Positions 37,469-45,013 of a stretch of DNA of 64,000 nucleotides are shown piece after piece. Source of the DNA: an uncultured virus (IMG/VR IMGVR_UViG_3300031787_000074). Taxonomy: Duplodnaviria; Heunggongvirae; Uroviricota; Caudoviricetes. Made by a program: the position numbers and the translations under genes. The stretch is from IMG/VR virus record IMGVR_UViG_3300031787_000074; one strand, written 5' to 3'. Numbering within the stretch: the first letter of the stretch is position 1; every line of letters begins with the position of its first letter. Below the pieces are notes generated by a model. That model was not told where the DNA came from and did no database searches. It saw only the letters and a list, made by a program, of their open reading frames with translations.

Positions 37469-37852
37469 TTAACCGTTAAGACCAAGAACTTCATCGAACC
37501 TCAGATCGCTGGCGCGGGCCTGAGAAGAACGCAGGCCAACGTAAGGAGAAGGGGCTGAAGCCTTCTTTTCCTGCACGGCATGGCCTAGCTGCCGTGGCCT
37601 AATGGTGCGATTGGTGTCAGCGGTCTTCTCAAGGATTTCCAGCACTTTGACTGGGTCCTTTAGAAGGGCAGCGCACTTTTCGCGATCTTTGGGATCAATC
37701 CTCTCATGGGCGACTAGGGCGTCGACCACGGCGGGGATGAGCTCAGATGCCTTCTTAGTGGCAGCTTCGCTCTGCTTGATCAGCTTATCGGCTGCGTCAA
37801 GAGCAGCGGCGCTGCACTCGACATAATCAACTACTGCAAGAAGATTGCTCAT
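37469..37852 (-). CDS. K-x-A-rich head protein
   Basis: 127 aa, helical; KKAS, KCAA, KTAD, KKAS; AGGAGG SD. Confidence 0.6.
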   Translation of the reverse strand: MSNLLAVVDYVECSAAALDAADKLIKQSEAATKKASELIPAVVDALVAHERIDPKDREKCAALLKDPVKVLEILEKTADTNRTIRPRQLGHAVQEKKASAPSPYVGLRSSQARASDLRFDEVLGLNG

Positions 37853-37872
37853 GATTACCTCCTAGTTTCGTA

Positions 37873-39153
37873 TCAACCAACGATGTCAGCGATGCATTTC
37901 TTGATCTCTTCGCGAAGTTGCCGTTGTCCAGCAGTCTTAGCATCAGAGATTCTGAATTTGCCGCTTTTCTGCCTGGCTTTGGCGGCTTTCATCAAAGTCA
38001 CAATTTGGTTATTGGACTTGTCAGAAGCCATCTTTGGAGCAGCGCCCATTTCAGGAGGCATAGCCCCTGCACCTTCGCCGCCAGCAGCCGCTTGCATGAT
38101 CTCTTCTGGGCTTACACCCATTTCAGCCAAAGCTGACAAGAGTTCATCTACAGCTGCTTGGTCACCACCAGGAACTTCGGCAGAACCGGCTTCGGGACCT
38201 GCTTCTTCGCCTAGCCCACCGGCCATAGCGGCCATGTCGGCATCAGTTAGACCAAGGTCACCGCCGGCTTCGTGAGACTCTTCGCCGCCTGGAGCGTGCT
38301 CAGCAGTCTCCTCAGCGGGGCTCTCCGCAGCTTCGTGCTTTTCTGATTCTTCTGCGCTCTTTACTAGCTGGCGATTAAACTCAGCTACATAAGCACCAGT
38401 CAAATCAGCGGCTTGAAGAGCCCCTCTGATGATATTTTCTGAAGCGGTCTTGAAGAACTCTTCAATCTCGGCTTCGTTGGCTTCGGCAGGCTGGCCTGCT
38501 TGAACAGCTTGGTCGTAACCTACAGCTGCTGCAGTCTTAGCCGCTTCTTCCTTAGTTTCTTTTTGTTCCGTTACCCCTTTCTTTTTTTTTAAGAGGGGAA
38601 AGTCGGCAGAATCAATTTTGCCGTTCTTGTTAGCGTCAATCTTATGCTGATCGCCAACTAATTCAGATTGCTTGGTCAAAGCAACTGAAATGTCAGCAAT
38701 AAGAGCGTTAGCCTTCTTCTCAGTCAAAGACTTTAGCTTTGAGAAGTTCATTGAGCTGTACTTCTCGCCGTCTTCGGTCTTGGCTGGATGGCTTGTGCCT
38801 GGGTCTTCCTTTTCACCCTTGTAGTCGTCTTCGTGGGCTGGGTCTTCGCCAGTCGAAGTAGACTTTAGACCAACATCAAACTGCTGGTCTTCTTGGTCTG
38901 GTGTTGAGTCGGTAGCGGAATCAACGCCGCCGCCAGGAACCTGTGCTTTTACGTCGGCGGTGTTCTCAGAAGAACGAGTGCCTTCGTGAGCGTCGGCGGT
39001 TTGATCGTCCACGCTCTTAACAGGATGGCTGGTTCCGCCTTCGTAGCTACCAGCTTCGGTGTTAGCTTCAGCTTTCTTTTTGCTAGCTGCAGCCTTCTCC
39101 TGCTGTCCTTCTACTTCGGCCAAGAAAGACCTTAGCTCGTCAAATAAAGCCAT
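37873..39153 (-). CDS. Capsid scaffold-like protein (acidic, low-complexity, EF-hand-like loop)
   Basis: Start moved to ATG 39153 (GAGGAG). Very acidic, many K-x-A sites, DANKNGKIDSAD loop; lies between protease and capsid genes. Confidence 0.6.
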   Translation of the reverse strand: MALFDELRSFLAEVEGQQEKAAASKKKAEANTEAGSYEGGTSHPVKSVDDQTADAHEGTRSSENTADVKAQVPGGGVDSATDSTPDQEDQQFDVGLKSTSTGEDPAHEDDYKGEKEDPGTSHPAKTEDGEKYSSMNFSKLKSLTEKKANALIADISVALTKQSELVGDQHKIDANKNGKIDSADFPLLKKKKGVTEQKETKEEAAKTAAAVGYDQAVQAGQPAEANEAEIEEFFKTASENIIRGALQAADLTGAYVAEFNRQLVKSAEESEKHEAAESPAEETAEHAPGGEESHEAGGDLGLTDADMAAMAGGLGEEAGPEAGSAEVPGGDQAAVDELLSALAEMGVSPEEIMQAAAGGEGAGAMPPEMGAAPKMASDKSNNQIVTLMKAAKARQKSGKFRISDAKTAGQRQLREEIKKCIADIVG

Positions 39154-39214
39154 TTCAGGACTCCTCGCTAATGGATACAAACCCGCCGTTCGGTAATGTA
39201 TACCCTCTATTTAA

Positions 39215-39260
39215 AATTATCCAAATCACGCACTAAGTCTGCAAGAGTAAATCTTGCAGA
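39215..39260 (-). promoter_or_regulatory. Candidate sigma70-like promoter overlapping an inverted repeat
   Basis: TTGCAG-17 bp-GATAAT on the minus strand; the -35 lies within TCTGCAAGA-N5-TCTTGCAGA (39238-39260). Confidence 0.45.
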
Positions 39261-39262
39261 TT

Positions 39263-40741
39263 TCAAGATAGGTAATTGGAGCGTACGGCGTGCTCCTTAT
39301 ACCAACTGAAATTCGGTTCGCTCTTGAGCTCATTTAAGAAATATAGCTGGTAAGCAGCATAACGTCTAGCTAGTTGTTCGCTATCGTCTGTAGCTGCTGT
39401 TTTAACCAGTTCAGAATTTCTAGCTCTAAAACTTGCTTGCTTAGTATTTCCAGACAAAACTTGCTTGAAAATACGCTTTTCAAACAAATTAGGTCTTATC
39501 GACTTTGAAACTGCTACCTTGTGAGCCCATTGCTGAATCTTTTCGCTTGGGAAAGCCATAGACGGGTCACAAGTTCTTTCTTCCAAACACTGCTCAAAAC
39601 TTGCAGAATCACTTATAAGTCTAGAAAAAACGCCTGGAAGCCTTGCTTCTACGTCTTTATAGGACGCAGACTTCAAAATTATGCTGTTTGAGTCTTTTCC
39701 TACCAGGTCTAGCCAGTCTTTTACGCTCAAAGCCACTTTTTCGCGGCTCAAAGCCCTCCAAATCTGCACTCCGGCCATTTTTCCCATAGGAACGTCGGTC
39801 AAAGCCGTTTTCTTATCGTCAAGAATGGTTGAGTCCTTCTGAGACACTCCAAACTTGCCGTTTTCTAGAGAACTTTCCATTTCTGCAAGTTCGTAGGCAA
39901 GTTTGAGCAAAGAAGCTGACCTTTCAGGCATATTTTCAAAACACAGCCTGAAAGGAGCTGTCACACCCATTTCTTCAGCTAAAAGAGCTCCTCCAGCCAC
40001 TTGACTGGCGTTAGCCGCCTTCATGTGGCCAAAAACGTAAGCAATTCTGTCGGCGGGTCGATAAACGTCAGAAATATCAAACCAAGTAGGGTCAGGGTTG
40101 TCCACATGCAGTACATGACCATCAGCGGCCACTTTTGTCAGGTTGTTATAGCATCCGCCGTACTTACAGTTTCTTTCTGTGCAGTAAGTAGACCTGTTAG
40201 CGGCTTTGTTGCCACAACCGCTGCAAACGTCAAAAGGAACCCTACAAGCCATGGAAACGCCCCAGTCATTTGAACCGGAGGCTATTTTTTGCATTTCCTT
40301 GTCAGCAACCAGGCCTTTGTTGCGGTCAGCTGCTTCTTTAGTGCCGTTAAGCGCTACAAGCAGCTCAATACGCTTCATCGCCTCGTTGAACGCCGACATT
40401 TTGATAATGCCATAACTTTTCGCTTCATCTTTATTTTGGTGGTTGCGGTACCACCTAGCGTGTTTGACGAACGTAGGATGGTATTTGCGGCAAGTCGCAG
40501 ACTTGAAACCGTCTCCGTTACGGTTTGGACCGTATGACTCCGTAGCTCCAATAGCAATAAGGTGAACGAGCTGCTCACCTGGCGCGACGTTGACATCGCG
40601 AAGTTTATCAGCGAATTCATGCCCAGCTCTTTTTATAAATGACTTAAGATCGTCGCCGCGAAGCCCGCGACTTGATTGCTTTACCATCTCTACAGCTGGT
40701 ACGCCAAAGTCTTGGGAGTCTGGAGAAGTTATCTTTATCAT
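39263..40741 (-). CDS. Prohead maturation protease (assemblin/HK97-type serine protease with Zn-finger insert)
   Basis: GPNRNGDGF, WYRNHQNK (His), GVSMACRVPFDVCSGCGN (Ser plus CxxC), FDISDV.RPADR.A; upstream of scaffold and MCP. Confidence 0.75.
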   Translation of the reverse strand: MIKITSPDSQDFGVPAVEMVKQSSRGLRGDDLKSFIKRAGHEFADKLRDVNVAPGEQLVHLIAIGATESYGPNRNGDGFKSATCRKYHPTFVKHARWYRNHQNKDEAKSYGIIKMSAFNEAMKRIELLVALNGTKEAADRNKGLVADKEMQKIASGSNDWGVSMACRVPFDVCSGCGNKAANRSTYCTERNCKYGGCYNNLTKVAADGHVLHVDNPDPTWFDISDVYRPADRIAYVFGHMKAANASQVAGGALLAEEMGVTAPFRLCFENMPERSASLLKLAYELAEMESSLENGKFGVSQKDSTILDDKKTALTDVPMGKMAGVQIWRALSREKVALSVKDWLDLVGKDSNSIILKSASYKDVEARLPGVFSRLISDSASFEQCLEERTCDPSMAFPSEKIQQWAHKVAVSKSIRPNLFEKRIFKQVLSGNTKQASFRARNSELVKTAATDDSEQLARRYAAYQLYFLNELKSEPNFSWYKEHAVRSNYLS

Positions 40742-40750
40742 GGCATCCTC

Positions 40751-42232
40751 TTATTCGTCAAAAAGTGGGAATCCGCCTTTAGTTGTGGCTCTCTGTATGT
40801 CGCCAACTATGGCTTCCAGCTTGTCTCTGCTTAAAGGCTTGGTGTAAAGACCATACCAGTCTTGTTTAGGGTTTTGTTCAAGAATATTTTGCAAGAAACT
40901 TCCCTGCTCTTTAGCTTTTTCAGGCGTTATTTCCCCACTAGCCAGCTCTGCCTCGGTTCTACCTTTATAAATATTCAATAAATTATGCAATTGCCGCATT
41001 CTTTCTTGATCTGGACTAGCGTCAACCAGGCTGGGATTAACAGCAGTTGTTCCAGCTAGGGTTAGACCTATTAGCCCAGCTTTGCTTCCAGCATTTCTAG
41101 TTAATCTTGTAATTAAAGGCTCAGACACGTGCGAAGACGACGGCTGAGTGGCTTTTGAGTCTACTAACCTTTGTTTGTGTGTAGGAGCTCGTCCGCCATA
41201 AGCAACGTACTCTCCTACAGTTTGAGGTAGCCGTAATAATGATCCTGCGTTTATTTTAGGGCTTGGAGCTTTAAGATAGCTTTTTACTAAACCCTCCCTT
41301 TCTCCAGAGCCTACTTCTGATAAGCTTTTTACAAAACTTTGTCTTTGAGTTTGATCCATACTTTCAAAGAATTCAGATAATGGCGAACCGCCCAGCGCTG
41401 TTCTTGGATCTTCAACCAATTTTTTCATTTGTTTAGGGTCTGTTATAAATTTTCTAAAACCGCTAGACGGGGATTCCATGTATGAAACAAATTCTTTTAT
41501 TCCTTTATTAAAGTTTGCTTCAGTATTAGGGTTGTTTGGTATTGCACTAGTGGCTGGAAGAGCGTTTTTAAGCGCGGGCCAAAAAGCCTGTAAGTTTTTC
41601 TGAAAGTCAGGCCTAAACATGTATTTCATGTTAGCCTGGCCTCTGTTGAAACCTTCAACACCTTCACCAATGGTCGCAGCGCCTCCAAACAAGGCAGAAC
41701 CTAAAGCTGCGGTTGGAGCCAACCTTGCTCTAAAAAAGTTATTAATTATGTTTGTATCCCTTGAAACATCTCTAGCTATTGTTGCTGTGTCTCTAGCTAT
41801 TGAGCTATTAGCTGGTCTAGCAGAAGGTAAAATATTTTCTTCTGCTTTCCTTTTTAGCTCTTCAGCAGATTCTGAAGACCTGTCATACAAAGCTCCGCCG
41901 CCGGCACCTAGAGCTGAGCCAAGAAGCCCGAACAAGGCGGCGTCAGAAATAGCCCGCATTTTCTTTTTCTTATGCCGGCTAAGTCCCAGCAAACCGCCGC
42001 CCAAAGCGCCTGCTCCCAGTCCAAGAAGAGCTCCTGGCAATACACTGCTTTTTGCTGCAGGCTTGTTGTCTTCTGCTTCTTTTGTTAAACCAATTTTTTC
42101 ATAATAAGCAGCGGCGGAAGTTCTAACACCGTCAGCCCAGTCTGGATAAACTCCGGCTTTCTCCAAAGTGTTAGATTTTTCAGCAAAAGCTTTCTTTTCA
42201 AAAAGAGCTTCTACCGCTTGCTTTACTTCCAT
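40751..42232 (-). CDS. Putative head-internal protein with glycine-zipper hydrophobic hairpin
   Basis: 493 aa. VKQA..EKKA leader; GALLGLGAGALGGGLLGL-basic linker-ALFGLLGSALGAGGGAL. Confidence 0.55.
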   Translation of the reverse strand: MEVKQAVEALFEKKAFAEKSNTLEKAGVYPDWADGVRTSAAAYYEKIGLTKEAEDNKPAAKSSVLPGALLGLGAGALGGGLLGLSRHKKKKMRAISDAALFGLLGSALGAGGGALYDRSSESAEELKRKAEENILPSARPANSSIARDTATIARDVSRDTNIINNFFRARLAPTAALGSALFGGAATIGEGVEGFNRGQANMKYMFRPDFQKNLQAFWPALKNALPATSAIPNNPNTEANFNKGIKEFVSYMESPSSGFRKFITDPKQMKKLVEDPRTALGGSPLSEFFESMDQTQRQSFVKSLSEVGSGEREGLVKSYLKAPSPKINAGSLLRLPQTVGEYVAYGGRAPTHKQRLVDSKATQPSSSHVSEPLITRLTRNAGSKAGLIGLTLAGTTAVNPSLVDASPDQERMRQLHNLLNIYKGRTEAELASGEITPEKAKEQGSFLQNILEQNPKQDWYGLYTKPLSRDKLEAIVGDIQRATTKGGFPLFDE

Positions 42233-43623
42233 CAGATAACTCCAAGCGTAGGAGACCCTTCGACTTTTCTCTGTAAGGAAGAGTCGGTATCGCGGTCCTT
42301 AAGCTTAGACTCAATACTTAGCAGCTGGTCTATTTCGTAAGGGTCTACGTTATTACCAGAAGCTAGCCTTTTTCTAAGTATTGACCGCACTAAAGACTCT
42401 TGAGTTGAAGCCCTTGGAGCCAACTCGCTAATTTGGTTGTAGTGATCCAGAACTGCGTCAGGATCATAAGTGCTTATCACATCGTCGTTTGCCATCAGAT
42501 CTGTAAGCATCGACTGAGCTTCTATGTTGCGAAGTGTCGCTGCCTGTATTGGATCTGATGTTCTCTTGGCCCAGCTTAGTCTGGCGTCTGCTGTGCTAGG
42601 CACAGACGTAGACATAGCCAGCTCTTTGCCAGCCGCTGTAGCCCCTGCCGCAGGAGAAAGAATATAACCTGCGGCAAGAGCTCCTAGATTAGACTTCTTT
42701 TCAAACGACCCCAGGACCCCAAGGCTCGTTGCTTGGTCCTGGGGTACGACAAAAGGGAGGAGGGTTTCCTCCGACAAGGCAGAAGCTTTCTTTTGAAATT
42801 CTTCAAAAGAAGCCTGCTTTTTCAAATAGTCTTCTGCGTTTTCCAAGCATTCTTTTACTAGGCTGTAAGGCTGCTTGGAGAATTCGACCAAAGAAAAGAA
42901 TTCTTTTCCTGATCCGGCTTGCTTGGTCAAAGACCTGTTTCTTTTCTCAAGTATCGAGAACAGGGCTTCAGCTTTCTTGCCGAAGATCCTGGTCATGTTG
43001 CCTTTTACGCCAAGGAAAGGCTCGCAGTCAGTTTTTCTAAAGTATTCGCCAAGCTTTGTTATAGATCCAACAAGCTTGTCGTGTGCGGCGGAAGCTACAC
43101 CTCTTTGGTTATCCAACTCTCTGGCTGCGTCTAGCATTCGGCAGTGAGCTTTCTTCATAGCTTCCACAGGATCTGTGGGAAGAGGCTCAACGCCAGTGAT
43201 AGCTTTACCGGCTTTTGTCACAAGAGGTGGCAGCTCAAGTTTTGCGGCTGCCGCTTTCACGTGTCTCTTGTACCAAGTAGGCGGAGCAGAATATTCTTCT
43301 GACACCGCTGTCTCGGTATGAATTTGACTAGCCGTCTTTACAGACTTGGGAAACATTTTCCCAAGAATGTTTTCAGCGTCGGCTAAATCAAACTCAGCGG
43401 CTTTTTCGAATATATCGCCGCCTATTTTTCTTTGAGTTTCGGCTCTGCCTGTATTGAACGCGTTAACCATAAGGTTAACGTGTCCAGCGGGTAGAGACCT
43501 TTCAGAAGCCACTTTTACAATAGCTTCGTCTGGATGCGATCCGTCCGCAACCATCTCAGCTACTTTCTCAAGTGCTTCAGTTATGTTTCGCTCAGCTTCT
43601 TTGCTAAGCCTATTTATGGCCAT
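42232..43623 (-). CDS. K-x-A-rich putative head/core protein
   Basis: About 463 aa. KEA, KVA, KVAS, KAA, KTAS, KQAG, KQAS, KKAS sites; start at the second Met (GGAGGGTG SD). Confidence 0.6.
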   Translation of the reverse strand: MAINRLSKEAERNITEALEKVAEMVADGSHPDEAIVKVASERSLPAGHVNLMVNAFNTGRAETQRKIGGDIFEKAAEFDLADAENILGKMFPKSVKTASQIHTETAVSEEYSAPPTWYKRHVKAAAAKLELPPLVTKAGKAITGVEPLPTDPVEAMKKAHCRMLDAARELDNQRGVASAAHDKLVGSITKLGEYFRKTDCEPFLGVKGNMTRIFGKKAEALFSILEKRNRSLTKQAGSGKEFFSLVEFSKQPYSLVKECLENAEDYLKKQASFEEFQKKASALSEETLLPFVVPQDQATSLGVLGSFEKKSNLGALAAGYILSPAAGATAAGKELAMSTSVPSTADARLSWAKRTSDPIQAATLRNIEAQSMLTDLMANDDVISTYDPDAVLDHYNQISELAPRASTQESLVRSILRKRLASGNNVDPYEIDQLLSIESKLKDRDTDSSLQRKVEGSPTLGVI

Positions 43624-44560
43624 TATCACCCTCCGGCTCAGGCAAGCGCATCTCTTGAATAGGTTCTTCAGTTACCCCGCCGTTTAAAATTAACCCTATT
43701 TCTCTAATCCTCGGTTCAGCAGACCAGCCATCCATATCTTTCATGCAATCAAGTACAGGATGCTTTATCGTACCGTTACCGCTTGACCAAGGCAAACTAA
43801 GCATAACCTCAGTAAGCTTTTTACCTACTAAACCTTCTGATCCAGGTGCCGCGCTAGCCAGCTCTGCCTTCTTATATTCAAGCGCGATACTCTTTATGTT
43901 GTGGGCAGTAAATCCGTTTATTGGTTCAACTATGTTGGCAACTGCGGCTCTCACCGAATTAACCAAACCGTGAGCGTCGTCCAAAATTCCTTTAATATCA
44001 TCTTTGGATATTGGATTACGCCCTAGACCTACTAATCCTGTTCTGTTTATGAACGCGCTCAAAATGTCAGGACCGCCGTGATAGCCATACATCTTCCAGA
44101 TAAGGTCATAGTCTCTGTCAGAAACCCCTTGGTGTATGGATCTGCCCATCACCACCTGGATTATGTAGCTGGAGCTATCTAGCCTGTCCCTCACGTTGAA
44201 AAATACTTTTTCGTAAAGGTCTATAACTTCAGGGCTGGCAGAAGTCAGCTTAGCTATTTCCTCGTCTGTCTGCCCGCTTAGAAGCCTGGCTTCTACTTCC
44301 CATCTAAGATCAGAAGCCCCATCTTTTGAATACAAAGTATAAGCTTGATGCATCAAAGGATAATCTTCGTATATATCAAGCTCGTCAAACGTGTCCGATT
44401 CTCTTCTGGCAAAGTACTCGTTAGAAAACCGCAAAGCCTCAACTAGAAAAGAATCCGAGTCTGCTGGCTTTAGCCTTTTTCTTTTTTCTCTGCAGTGGGT
44501 AGCTCTCTTCCAACGCCAGTCTGGCGCTCTTAGAAAGCTTTCCTTTACGAGTTCAAGCAT
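43610..44560 (-). CDS. Hypothetical protein with HTH-like segment
   Basis: 316 aa. EARLLSGQTDEEIAKLTSASPEVIDLYEKVFF resembles an HTH. Confidence 0.5.
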   Translation of the reverse strand: MLELVKESFLRAPDWRWKRATHCREKRKRLKPADSDSFLVEALRFSNEYFARRESDTFDELDIYEDYPLMHQAYTLYSKDGASDLRWEVEARLLSGQTDEEIAKLTSASPEVIDLYEKVFFNVRDRLDSSSYIIQVVMGRSIHQGVSDRDYDLIWKMYGYHGGPDILSAFINRTGLVGLGRNPISKDDIKGILDDAHGLVNSVRAAVANIVEPINGFTAHNIKSIALEYKKAELASAAPGSEGLVGKKLTEVMLSLPWSSGNGTIKHPVLDCMKDMDGWSAEPRIREIGLILNGGVTEEPIQEMRLPEPEGDNGHK

Positions 44561-45000
44561 CAGCCTACGTCCACATCACCACCGATTACCAAATCCCAGG
44601 TAGCGTCACCGCTGCCTACAGGAGTGATTTGGACATAAATTTTCTTAACTGGCAATGTGTATGTTCCGTCTTGGTTACGGAATGCGCGTCCAAAGTTGTC
44701 TGATATTTCCATAAGCTCTCCGGCTGTTCCGGCAGTTGGAGGAAATACCACATACATGTCTGGAGAAGCTATGCACTTGGCTGGACCTGAAGGTCCGTCA
44801 GAATCTCCAATAGAAGATGAGTTAGGCTGACAAGCGGCCAGAGAGTTATAGACGGTTACTGTAAAGTTAGCCGTCGATCCTCCAGTCTGCTTGACCAACA
44901 ACCTCTTTATCTGAGCTTCTGGAGGAAAGCCTATCTGCCAGCAGGTTGTTTGCCCGCATGGCGCACTTAGGCTGCAGACCCTACGTTCGTATATACGCAT
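44560..45000 (-). CDS. Hypothetical beta-rich protein (possible virion component)
   Basis: 146 aa; AGGAG SD; coupled to the next gene. Confidence 0.55.
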   Translation of the reverse strand: MRIYERRVCSLSAPCGQTTCWQIGFPPEAQIKRLLVKQTGGSTANFTVTVYNSLAACQPNSSSIGDSDGPSGPAKCIASPDMYVVFPPTAGTAGELMEISDNFGRAFRNQDGTYTLPVKKIYVQITPVGSGDATWDLVIGGDVDVG

Positions 45001-45013
45001 CGTTAGCTCCTAA

